Shown here: positions 1 to 11,960 of the stretch, piece by piece
Numbering within the stretch: the first letter of the stretch is position 1
Layout of the letters: the number at the start of each line of letters is the position of its first letter
NCBI GenBank assembly: GCA_964016885.1
Contig: OZ024741.1
Span: 85,746,001 to 85,810,000 of the forward strand
Reading direction: 5' to 3'
Source of the DNA: Eledone cirrhosa
Taxonomy: Eukaryota
Length of the DNA: 64,000 bases
Notes under the pieces: model-generated
Told to the model about the DNA's origin: nothing
Database searches by the model: none
Seen by the model: only the letters and a program-made list of their open reading frames with translations
Made by a program: the position numbers and the translations under genes

Positions 1-59
1 ACGTAACACTCAGTGTGACACAATGTCTGACAAAGTTGGACCTTTGGATTTCAGGACAA

Positions 60-216
60 CCCATCCGACGGGCTTCCACGCAGTTTCGGTCTACCCAATT
101 CCAACCACAAGGTTTTGGTCGACCCAAGGTTATGATAAAACCAGTTGTTCAAGATGCCACGCAGTGGGATCAAACCCAGGAGCTCATGATTGCAAAGCGA
201 ACCTCTTGCCCACTCT
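60..216 (-). mobile_element. tRNA-derived SINE fragment
   Basis: The reverse complement reads ...ggtttgatcccactgcgtggcatcttgaacaa...ggtcgaccaaaaccttgtggttggaattgggtagaccgaaactgcgtggaagcccgtcg, with a B-box-like head; a related copy lies at ~53165-53280. Confidence 0.55.
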
Positions 217-1309
217 ATTTAATGGCCGACCTTACCCATGTAACTAACCAAACAACCAGCCAACTATTAAGCATTAACAGAATATAATACTGACGATGTT
301 GGATCTCCGTCGGTTCTGACGACGAATGTTTCAATTTTCGAACAACGGGACATACCGCTCTTAAAATTAGCATACAAGTGGCTGAGTATTCCAGAGATAC
401 GTGCATATTTAACATAGGCCTCATGCAGATTCAGCGTAACCTAATGTTTGTCATGGTTTGCTGTTTTGAATTACAGGTACAACTCATGTTTGCCATTTAA
501 TACTTCACTGGATATAATAGAACTCACACATTCGAGATAAACAACGAAATTGACAGGTGTCAATTCATGTCAATTAAAATTGACGTGACTTACCTGTCTC
601 CTCAAAACATGTATAAACTGGCATTTGTGTGCAGGTGTGTCTGTGTCTGCATGTATGTATGTGTGTGTGTGTGTGTAAGTGGTAGAGTTTACTTCTCGTA
701 CACAGTATAAATAACGATTGTTCATTAAACAATAGATGCTGCACGGATGAACACACACACACACACACACACGTGTATGTATACATACATACATATGTAT
801 AGGCTTGATACGTTAAACAATTAAGCCAGTATATTCAAAAAGAGCTCAATTCGTTATGTGTGAATGATTGGGAGCAGGAATAAAACTGACGAATATTGGA
901 TCTATGTATTCGTATCGTTCCATACGATCATTTCAATGCTGCACAATATATGACTAGCGTGCGCGCGCGTGTGTGAATCATGCTACAGTAGAGGCGCAAC
1001 GTTAGCATACTGAGGCGGTGGAAGACAACCTAGCAGGGAGGGAAATTGGATATAAGAGAAATCAGATGTATGCCAGAAAGAAGATTGCGCTGGTACGTTA
1101 CGGTGCATGTGATACATATATAGGATGTCAGTTGTGTAGATAGGATTTATGGAAGACTGAGGAAGACATGGAAAAAGTGACAGAGGCTAATGTCAAAAAG
1201 CAGAACCTCATCAAGAAAATAAATAGAAAAGAGAAAACGTAGCAATCGAAATCTATAACATAATGTCATACATTAAATATCCTTAACTATGGAATTAAAT
1301 TATTTTACT

Positions 1310-1460
1310 GGGGGTCAGTTATTCGACTGCAGTCATGCTGGGTCACCGCCTACATTTAATTGATCATATCGACCCTAGTACTTATTATTTCAAGTCTGGT
1401 ACATAATTTATCGATCTCTTTTTGTCGAATTGGTAATTTGCAGGACATAGACACAGACAC
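1310..1460 (+). mobile_element. Short interspersed repeat (SINE-like family)
   Basis: cagttattcgactgcagtcatgctgggtcaccgcc...gaccctagtactt recurs at ~18055-18140 and ~62945-62985. Confidence 0.5.
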
Positions 1461-1819
1461 AAACGTAAACATAAAAAGGACACAACACACACACACACAT
1501 GTATATATGTGAGTGTGTGTGTGCGTGTTACTCCTTTCTTATATCGTTAAGCTAAAGTATATATCATAGTACTGTATCGTTCTTCCGCGTTATTTTTCGT
1601 TGTTGACTTTTCTTTTATATGTGTGTGTGTGAGTACTCATTTTCACGCCTGTCAACATCGCACAGATATAAGACAAAGACATCATGTATGTGTATATATG
1701 TGTGTGTGTTCATCTATCTTTTCTTCGTCAACCACTAATGGTAATGCAATTTCATGAAAAAGGGATATATTGCATAACATTAAACCCAGGCTGTACGACT
1801 GGTTTATCAAGCCGCCGAA

Positions 1820-3897
1820 AAGATGCATCCCCGGGTCTCGATGGTCTTCCATACGAACTATATCTAGCTATGCCGGACTTGTTCCCCGATCTCCTCGAGG
1901 CGGTCTACTGCAACTGGCAACAGAACGGGAGAATTCCCTGTGCTGTGACCAAGGGCGTAGTCACGCTAGTGAGGAAGGACGAGAACACGGGGGACGATAT
2001 AAATAATTTCAGGCCCATAACTCTGCTAAATACAGAGTTACAGATTTTGGCCAAGGTGCTAGCAAAGAGGTTGGCGCTTGTCGTGGGCAACCTGGTGGGA
2101 GATGCGCAGACATGTGCTATCCCGTCCAGGTCCATCCACGATAACCTCCACCTCATGCGATACATCATAGAGAGGGTTGGGAACGAACCCGGCTTTGGTG
2201 TGGCCCTGATCAACTTGGATCAATCTAAGGCATTCGATAGGGTCGACCATGGTTACCTGGATGCGGTGCTAGCGGCGGCAGGCTTCGGACCCGTTTTCAG
2301 GGGCTGGATCAATGCCATGCACAGCAGCCGCATCTGCTCTAGGGTCAAGGTGAACGGCTACCTCTCGGAGCCGTTCGAAATCGCGCGGTCCATCCGACAG
2401 GGGTGCCCTCTCTCCTCCCTTCTGTATGTAATGACTCGAGAGCCACTGCTGCGGAAGTTGGAGTTGTTGCAGGGCATCCCGTTGGAACCGGGATTGCGGA
2501 AAGCGGTGTCGGCCTACGCCGATGACGTAACAGTAATGGTGTCGACGGCCTCGGAAATCGGGGCGATCGGCACCTTACTGGAGGAGTACGAAAGGTTTAC
2601 AGGGGCTAAGCTGAACCGGGACAAGTCGATCGGTCTGCAACTCGGCACGTGGAGGGGCAGATCGATGCCCTCCGATGGCGTCGTCGGGCGCTGGACGGAG
2701 GGCCCGGTGAAGTTGCTCGGGGTCTGGTTCGGACCAGACCTCCAGGTGGAGAAGAACTGGGGTGAGGTGACGAACAGGGTGTTTGCACTGACCCAGAAGT
2801 GGGCCGAGTGCAAACTGTCCCTGAAAGGTCGGGCGGAGGTGGCGAACACTTATATAGCGTCCGTCATCTACTACCGCCTGACCGTTGTGCCTTGCCCAAG
2901 GGAAACGCTCGCCAAAATAGAGCGCGCACTCTTCCAATTCCTTTGGAAGAAGCGGGCTCCTATGGTGAGGAGATCCATCTGCTGTCAACACCCTTCGAAA
3001 GGAGGGCTGGGGATACCGTGGCTAATGATACGTAAACACGCATTAAGGCTACGGCACCTTCAGGTATTCCTCTCCGGTCAACCGGTGTGGGCCCCGTTTG
3101 TGAGGCAAGCCTTTCCCAGACTCGTCTCACTCACCGAGCTGCAATCCTGGGTCAAGCAAAGACCGAGAAAACTGGGCGCCTGGCACACCGAGTGTGCCCA
3201 GGCGCTCACGGCTCTCTGGCAGGCGGACCCGGCTGTCAGTGGAGAATCCACCTCGTCATTCTATAGAGGGCTGGTGGTTAGCAGGTGCGACGACGCCCTC
3301 GGAGAAGCCCTAGGCATGGAGGAAGACGAACTGGCCAACCTGTTCGGTAGGACATTCAGCCCGGGACCCATGGATAACTTCCAGAGGTCCCTGGCCTGGC
3401 AATGCTACAGAAGGGCTCTGCCCGTTCGAGAAAGGCTCTACAGACACGGGCGCCCGGGTAAGGACCCATCGAAAAAGATCTGTCCCAGATGCGTGTGCGA
3501 CGAGGAAACCGTTGCACACGCATTGGTACACTGCTCGGGCATTGCCGATCTGTGGGGCTATGTCGAACAACTGCTGTCAAGAGTGGGACCGATCCGGTTG
3601 ACCACCGAGTCTATTGTAACAATCAAGCCGCCTCCCCTCTTCAAAAACGAAGGAGAGGCGGTGTTTCTGTGCGTAATAGCCATGGCGAAAGAGATTGTAT
3701 GGTGGACGCGTCTGAAAGGACTGAGGTCAGACACCTTTCTCTCTGGCCAACAACTGGTCCGTTTCTTCCGATATCATTTCGGAAGAAGGATCAGGATGGA
3801 GAGAGAGGTGCTGCACCCCAGCCGTTTCTATGAAAGATGGGTGAAAGTGGCGAGAATGGCCCGTGTGAATGGGCCTTCACTCTACATCAGACTATAG
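1820..3897 (+). CDS. L1/Tx1 ORF2 C-terminal part: reverse transcriptase plus zf-RVT zinc knuckle (no endonuclease; 5' truncated)
   Basis: Motifs SPGLDGLPYE, NFRPITLLN, LDQSKAFDRVDH, IRQGCPLS, AYADD, GGLG, and CPRC-x7-H-x4-C. The N-terminal ~45 aa of the called ORF (1684-1820) is flanking microsatellite-like sequence. Confidence 0.9.
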
Positions 3898-4165
3898 GTG
3901 AGGAAGATGAAAGACCAAGGGAGCACCCCTTCTCAGTGCTCCTGAGGAGAAGGGTTGCACACTTTTTTCGGGGGGAGGGGGCGATCCCCCAAGGCGCCTC
4001 CTCCCTATTGAGGATTTTGTTATAAATTTTATTTTTTGTTATATTTTATTTTATTTTTATATATTGTTATTGCCTCCTCCTTATTGAGGACGCCTTGTTT
4101 TGTAAACTCCCCCCATTGTACTTGTCCCACTTTTGATGCCCTGGTGGCAAATAAAAGAAACATAT
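1820..4165 (+). mobile_element. 5'-truncated L1/Tx1-clade non-LTR retrotransposon
   Basis: GC-rich island containing an uninterrupted ORF2, then a ~260-bp 3' UTR with AATAAA (ggcaaataaaagaaac), running into a (TATC)/(TC)n tract. Confidence 0.9.
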
Positions 4166-4220
4166 CTATCTATCTATCTATCTCTATCTTTCTATCTCTA
4201 TCTCTCTCTTTCTCTCTTTT

Positions 4221-4276
<56 letters not shown>

Positions 4277-4978
4277 TATCTATCTCTCTCTGTATGCGCG
4301 CGTGTGTGTGTGTAATATTTCCTTCCGGAATATTGAAATATCAAGGACAGTGTAAAAGAGAGGTATCAAATGTTCCAATCAACTAATTTATTATTAATAT
4401 AACACATTTAATATTTGATATAGATATTAACTTTCTTCCTCTCTTTGGGCACAGAAACACTCACCTCCATACATAAAATATGTATATACATACACACACA
4501 AACATACTGTATGTTGGATTTCATTTCTAGTGATTTAAAGTTTGTTTACTTAAGAGACTGGGCGGAGAATCCATTTTCTAACTAATAGCATCAGCAGCAT
4601 TAAGTAACCTAAGCTGATAGGTCATGTATTACGTACTTAGACACGTGCTACACTGCACTACCAGATACAGCACTATAACAATATGTTACCAAACATTAAA
4701 ACATTGCATAATTATTTATTAATCATTCTCCACTTCTAAGTAAATAATACTTCGTTTAGGATAACATATGTAGTCCTGTTTGTCCTCGAGACAATATAAT
4801 CGATATTTTGTGTTTTGATATATATATTTACATTAGTGAAATGTCGATCCTCTACTTTCACTAATATATACCCACTCTTACCCTGTATCTTACCATGTAT
4901 CGAGTACTTCTCTGATTTGTGGTCTTCCTGGTCCCAGTACCACAGACTAGCTCTCTCTCTATATATATATATATATAA

Positions 4979-5048
<70 letters not shown>

Positions 5049-5274
5049 GTGAGGTTTTTTTACAAAATGAAAAAAAAAACGAGGTGTCCTACACGAGTGA
5101 AAGTATAAGGAAAAAAGATGAAATCGAAAATGCAACTGGAGTCTGCTTTTCAAAAGTAGAATTGAGATGGAGGGTTTGTGGTTTTTCTGCGAAACTGGTA
5201 AAGGAATCAAATAAATATATTTTTTTTTAAAAAGACTCCAGTTGCATTTCGATTTCATCTTTTTTCCCTATATA

Positions 5275-5353
<79 letters not shown>

Positions 5354-6084
5354 TACCCCCATATTTCGCAGTCCCGGTTATTCGCAGGATTTTCCTTAGA
5401 ACCTAACTAATAATTGTTCGTGGAAACCACCATATATTGGACCCTTGACTCTATGAAGGCGTCGTGTTCGGGTATTGATCCAGCTCTCAATGCCAAGATT
5501 TGGTACTAGCCCTTCTAGGTTCTTCTATACGTATATCTCTGCCATCTTCGCTCCAGGGTGTAGAGTTTTAGTTCGTTCAGCCTTTCCCAATAGATAATAT
5601 CTTTCACTAAGGCAATCTTCTTAATAATGCTTCGTTGGATTGCTTCAAGTTCTGTTGTGACTCGGATGTGGATGAAATTTGCCTTTCATCCTTCTATGGT
5701 CGATAAAATAAAGTGCAAGTCAATTACTGGGGTTGATTTAATAGATTTTTGCTTTCCCACAAATTGCTAACCTAAACTATGTTTATTTAGAAAGATACAC
5801 AGACAATAGAATTACGAACACACACGAATCTACACATACATATATATAAACAGACACACTTAGAAAAAATAATTATTACATACACACACATCTATGTGAT
5901 GACTGAAAAAGGAGGGGGTGAGAAACTATAGAGGTCCAGCGTTCTAAGATTCGTCACAGCTGTGTGTTTGTATCAGTTGTGTGAGTGAGTGCGAAGGAAC
6001 CAACAAAGAAACATCTCTTTTTTATATTATGTATAGATATTACAATTAGCCGGTTATTTTATGACGGCACAGGGCCAGCTTGTA

Positions 6085-6195
6085 ATACTTATAAAAAGGA
6101 AGTTTGCACGTTGACCGTTAATAAGACTAAATAAAATTGGTAATAATTAAGGGTTTTCGTGTTTTCAACTAATCTGACGTCCGACATGCTCGCCA
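6085..6195 (+). mobile_element. Helitron 5'-end fragment
   Basis: Similar to the 5' end of the Helitron at 14295-14395 (tataaa..gtttg..acgttgaccg..ctaaataaaattggtaataa..ttttcaactaatctgac). Confidence 0.55.
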
Positions 6196-6960
6196 TAGAC
6201 TTTTTTCCGAAAATGGAATGTGGGGGGGAGGGGTTAGATTTTACTGCTCTTTCTACCCTCTTGCTGGTTTATACATTCATATAATTTCTCTCTATTCCAC
6301 TCTATTTCTCATTTAATGTCTCCCATTATCTCTGTCTCTTTCTCTCTATACCTGTGTATCTCTCTCTCTCTCTCTCACTCTCTCTCTGTATATATATATA
6401 TGTATACACACTGGCATGAGCGCACGCACACACACACATATATATATATATAAAAATCTAGTTTTCTGTATGTGTGTGGACAATTTTTAGTGAGGGCTCA
6501 TATATTCGAAACCAAAGGTTCTCAACGGAACTCCAGGGGAGGGAGCGTTTGAGACCAAGGTCGCTTGAGGGGGGGGCTAGGGGGCGCTGGAAGACTCTTT
6601 ACTTTGGTAAGTTTTATAAGCCACATTTGTATGTCTTTGAGACAGCCAGTGTGAATGCATTTGAATGAGCTTGCAGACAGCATAACTATAGTCTGACCGC
6701 AGCTGTGAGCAGGTGTGCAGGCGTGTCTAGACATTATCCGGTAATTAAGATCCTAAAAATGAAAAAACCTGCAGTCATCTGGGTCAAGGACACTTTGAGC
6801 GCAGCCAGCTAGAATCTTATCTTCCCTTCACCGATAACAATGTATTTCATGTCTGAAATTATTGACTCAACCGTAATGAGTTAACGCTATGTAGATCTAT
6901 TTCATTCCCTATTGTATAAATAATATTACAAAGAAAAAAAGAAAAAAAACATAGAAGTGG

Positions 6961-7235
6961 GTATCACATACATCTAGGACCACATACAACACATAAGCAG
7001 GTAATACACGCATCTCAGACCACATACAACACATAAGCAGATAATACACACATCTAGGACCACATGCAACACATAAGGAGGTAGCACAAACACATCTAGG
7101 ACCACATAAAACACACAGGCAGGTAGCACACACATCTAGGACCACATACAACACATAAGCAGGTAATACAAACATCTAGGATCACATACAACACAATCAG
7201 GTAATACATACATCTAGGACCACATACAACACACA
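6961..7235 (+). repeat. ~7 degenerate 40-bp subterminal repeats of the hAT element
   Basis: The unit catctaggaccacatacaacacataagcaggtaatacaca recurs at ~40-bp spacing. Confidence 0.85.
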
Positions 7236-8279
7236 TTGTATCATGTGCTACGGACGACGCAAGAGCAATGGTCGGCCAACATAAGAGCTTCGTCACTCTT
7301 CTGAAGAGAGAAAATCTATCTGTATTTGCTGCTCATTGTGTCATTCATCGAAAACACTTGGCTGCGAAGAAATTCAGCAAGCCTCTGAGCAAGTCCTTGC
7401 AAGTGGCCATTGATGTCATCAATTTTATAAAACACCATTCCCTCAATGAACGAATTTTCCAGCAACTGTGCCAAGATAATGACGAAGAATTCGTCAAGTT
7501 GCTCCTTCATACTGAAGTGAGGTGGCTTTCAAAGGGCAAGTGCTTTACTCACTTCTTTCAACTCTTCGACTCTACCATTGAGTTTCTGCGAGAACGCAAC
7601 ACAGAACTGTACAAGAAAACCCTCGATGTGAGGCAACATCTTCGACAAATGAAATAGCGTCATTTTGGCTTTGCAGGGGAAGAAGATCATCTTGCTTAAA
7701 GCAAGGAATGCTGTGAAAACATTCCTGGCCAAATTGAATGTCATCGAAAGGAATCTTTGTTGACGGGAATTCTATAATTTTCCTAGTTTCGCCAATGTTC
7801 AAAACATTGTAAGCGATGACCAACTCCAAATTTATACCACTCACCTCCGTGCGCTACAAGACAACATGAGAGAACGGTTTGTCGATCCTTTGCCGATGGA
7901 CATCCCAATGTGGGTAGCAGATGCTTTCATAGCTAACGTCGACGATTTGGACGTTAAATTTCAGGAAGAATTCATTGAACTTCAAGCAGATGACATGATC
8001 AAAATTAGATTTCCCAAAATAAGTGAACCCTTTTTTGGGATGCAAGAGGAAATTCAGCGTTGATTTCCACACCTACATGCAGAGGCTAAGATATTTGCTC
8101 TGCCTTTTCCAAGCTCATACTTAGTCGAGAGGAGGTTTGATATTGTTTCCAGACTGCACAGTAAGGCTCGCAACCGCTACAATGTAATTACACGTGGAGA
8201 TCTCTGGCTACATCTTAGGAAAATTCAGCCTCACGTCACAGAGTTAGCTAGACTCCATGAGGCTCAACGGTCCCATTGA
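7236..8279 (+). pseudogene. hAT (Buster/ZBED5-like) transposase pseudogene
   Basis: CATDDARAMVG, HCVIHRKHLAAK (CxxH), LLLHTEVRWLSKGK, and a C-terminal LPFPSSYLVERRF dimerisation-like region, broken by stops and frameshifts. Confidence 0.88.
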
Positions 8280-9433
8280 AATGAGTCAGAGTTAAAGTAA
8301 ATTGATTTATCCGAAAACTTGGATATGCTATTGTTACAAAGCAAACTAACAATTTTTTTATTTGTAGTTGCAGTCTGACTGGACTGGAAACCATCTACTA
8401 CAATTCAATTTTTCATTTGTTGTATATATTTTACCATTTATTAATAAATATACCCTCCCACGTGGTCATGAAAACCCTCTTCCATGGTCTCTAAGCTCAC
8501 AAAGCAGAGGAGACATCAAGTTTGATATCAACATTTATTCTGTCCGTTTCATTAAAGGGAAAATTGGAAAGCTTTGAAATGATATAATTGCCACTTTCTT
8601 CCAGATAAAAGCACTCTTGGGATAGACAGAGTTGCTCTTGTATAAATGTTCAAAATAGCTGGTATCGCCTGGTGGGAATATAACAAATTCATAAAAAAGA
8701 ACATTTATGTTCCTTTTTTTGAAATTTATATATTTCCTTTCAAGGAATGTATTTATACTCTCAGCTGCCTGAATATTGTTAATCAATTTTTTAGTAATCT
8801 ACTGATAGCAAAATCAGTAGTATATTGAAAAATGGAAAAATAGGGTTGGGGAGGGGCGTTTCGTGATTTCGAGGGACAAAAGGGGGCGTTTGGTCTAAAT
8901 GGGTTGAGAACCTGTGTTCTAAACCATTCATGCGATTTCTTAGAAATTTTTTACAGAGCTTCTCCTTGCACAAAACCTGTACATGATCTATAAAGGGTTT
9001 CAAAAATCGATATTGGGGCTTTTGGAGACATTAAAAAAGTTTCGGATATTTGTGTCAATTTTCGTGATAAAGTAAGACAAGAGTTATCTTTCGTCAATAC
9101 AATAGGAACTCATTTTTGATGTTGTCAAAAATTTTGTTTGGGGATTTTGATTATTACAATTCGGCACATTCGGATTTTACTTTACTCTTTGTACTTGAAA
9201 CAAAAGGTTTTACTGTTGTCAAAGAAAATTATACCTAGACTGGATTTCTGTTGTTACTTGGGATAACGGATGACACCGAGCTCACATATTAATTATTTCG
9301 CTGGAATAGTGTCTAAGGTTTTCATGTTTACATAAAGTACGTTATTCTTCTATGTATTCAAATTTACTTTGTTTAGTTTAATGAGCTACATCGAAAGCTA
9401 CTTCAACCGTCCTCTGGACGGGTACTTTAGCTA

Positions 9434-9483
<50 letters not shown>

Positions 9484-9773
9484 GTTAGTATATGTATAAT
9501 AAAGAATGCAAATGCAAAAGATATTGTTGACAATTAGTCTTTTACCTTAGATTTATTTAAATGTCCTATAACCTCCTCCATATATATATATATATATAGG
9601 AAAATGTATTTTCCTATTACCCACTGATATGTTCCTCGTGGTATGCACGCTATACGTGGTATGAGTAGTTATGCTAGAAACAATAGCCTTATCCCACGTA
9701 TAGCGTGCAAACCACGAGGAACATATCTTTGGTCCTCAAATTGCTGTTAGAGGTGTTTTGTTTCATTTGATCT

Positions 9774-9863
9774 ATCTCTCGCTGATGATAGCCTACTGAT
9801 TATCTGTTACAAACACAATTTTTCAGGGCGAAACAGATTGAGTCTAAAATCTGTACGAGAGAT
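9774..9863 (+). ncRNA. Type I hammerhead ribozyme with full stem III
   Basis: atctctcg-CTGATGA-ta-gcc..ctg/cag.ggc-GAAA-cagatt-gagtctaa-aatctg-TA-cgagagat: 8-bp stem I, 6-bp stem III plus A-U, GUA cleavage triplet. Confidence 0.75.
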
Positions 9864-10092
9864 GAAATGTTTTTGATACGATCAGTATAAAATTAATATA
9901 TCATACTATATGGTTAAGATAACATTTTTAAAACATTAGTGGTATTTTAGACACGAAATTTACTGTGTTTATTTATACATATATATTACTATATATATAT
10001 ATATATATATATATAACGAAGGAAATGTGGTAAGGAACCAGGTGGACCATAACGCACCAAAGTACTCAATACTTAGGGTAGTAGAGTGGGTA

Positions 10093-10222
10093 ATAGGAAC
10101 AAGTAAGACCCCGACGGCTGAGCTCAAGCCGTTTCGCTCAAGCCGTTTCGACGGCTAATTCTGTACAGAATTAGCCGTCGAAACGGCTTGAGCTCAGCCG
10201 TCGGGGTCTTACTTGTTCCTAT
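10093..10222. repeat. Palindrome next to (TA)n carrying hammerhead 3' halves
   Basis: Inverted repeat centred on ctgtacag (10161-10168), with a 14-bp duplication in the left arm. The right arm contains GAAAC-ggct-tgagctc-agcc-GTC. Confidence 0.85.
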
Positions 10223-10305
10223 ATATATATATATATATTATAAAAATTATAAAAATTATAAAAAATAAACCAAAGAAGCCTTCAATACATCAAAAGTCTT
10301 TATTA

Positions 10306-10343
10306 GCCAACAATGTTTCGTCCTATTAAGGACTCATCAGGGC
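10306..10343 (-). ncRNA. Minimal hammerhead ribozyme at the PLE 3' end
   Basis: The reverse complement reads gcc-CTGATGA-gtcc-ttaata-ggac-GAAAC-att-GTT-ggc, followed by aataaa. Confidence 0.75.
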
Positions 10344-10711
10344 AAGTAAAGCTACAAGAAGCACTATCGGCCAATACAAGCCAAAAACTCAGAAGAATAT
10401 GGAGTATACATCTATTAAAGCCTAGGAAGGATATCAAGGAAAAGTAGGCTAAGATTAAGAGTGAGCAGTTACAAACATAGATATAGACCAAATAGCAAGG
10501 AAGTGATTAACATGTTGAACCCACATTGTAAATATTATATAATGCAAAAACTTGAAACACAAATGGTAATATAAAGCGAGAATTACAGTACGATATAGAA
10601 TATAATATAATATAATAGATGGTGATAATAAAAAGCTTAATATATGTATATATATATATATTTATACATATATACATTAGTACAAACACAAACTAAGACT
10701 TATTAAGTATT

Positions 10712-10746
<35 letters not shown>

Positions 10747-11960
10747 TACAGTATAATATAATAAAGATAAAAATAAGAATAAAGATAAAAATAAAAATAA
10801 AATATAATATATAATTCCCTGTCAGTGTGCATAAACAATATAAAAACATTATAATAACATTATAATAACAATATTATAATATATTGGCATCAAAAGATAT
10901 ACAAAATTACATCATATATATAATTCAATGTTAACAAATAGTATAAAGTTTTACACAGGGTAAGAAAAAAATCATATAGAACTAAATAGTGTTTAAAAAA
11001 TTGTGTTGAAAAAAATATCTATACCATTGCAACAATACACGGAGGTCAAGACGTTTTACATTGGCATAAATATTACCAAAATATCACAAGATATTACGAA
11101 ATATAACAGAACAGTACTTTAAATAACATATATTAAAATCTATAATACGATTACATAAAAATGATATGATATAACAACATTAATATCAAATATCAAACAG
11201 AGTCCAAGGAAATGCTTAATAAATATTTACGTGGTTGAGATACACAGACATATATTAATGAACAGCGTGTGGTAGTAAAAAAAATAAATTAAATAAACCG
11301 AAGATCGAAAAACAAAAACAAGTTTATTTACTTAGGTGTCACAAGCGGTTAAGTAAAAGAAGAGATAGAAATGTAAGCGGCGAATTGACTAGAAAACCTT
11401 TTTAAATTAATTAATATTAAAAGTATTTAAAATCCATATTTAGTCACTTCAAAATTGGCTATAGTTTAAGTCATCAAAAACGTATAAGTTTGAGATATTT
11501 AAATAAAATTATCAAGAATAGAGTAAAATATGCTCCGTTCAGTCGAATAACGTTATCAAATAAAAGGACTCTAAATAGAACTATGGTAGACCAATGGGAA
11601 CAGAAAGAAGAGAGGTTATGGAGGATAGGAAGGAGCATAAAAGTAAAATCAATATGTTATATAATATCATAAAAGGAACATAAAGGTGAAATTTATATAT
11701 AGTATAATAGAAGGGGCGGATATTAAGTGTGTAGAGGAGGAGGTACATTAGTTGAATGAGACTCCAACCAAAGTATTTAATAAGATATAAACCCATAAGG
11801 TGTTAGTAGTGAAACTATAATAATGCTTAAGACGATAGATAGGGTATGGTAGCCAAAAGACTATGGAAACTAAAATCGAAAAGATGTAAAAAAACTAATA
11901 ATAATAAAGATGATGGTAATCAAAATGAACCTAAACAAAAAAGATAAGGAAATATAGCAG

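Larger units (their letters stand above)
6513..8916 (+). mobile_element. hAT DNA transposon, Buster/Charlie type, internally deleted and decayed
   Basis: TIRs caaaggttctcaac / gttgagaacctgtg. The 8-bp TSD is ttcgaaac (6505-6512) / ttctaaac (8917-8924); the right copy fits the NNNTANNN Buster pattern. Transposase remnants lie inside. Confidence 0.92.

Noticed and set aside
15-424. Short ORFs at the window start as a host exon
   Set aside because: They overlap a SINE and show no recognisable domain.
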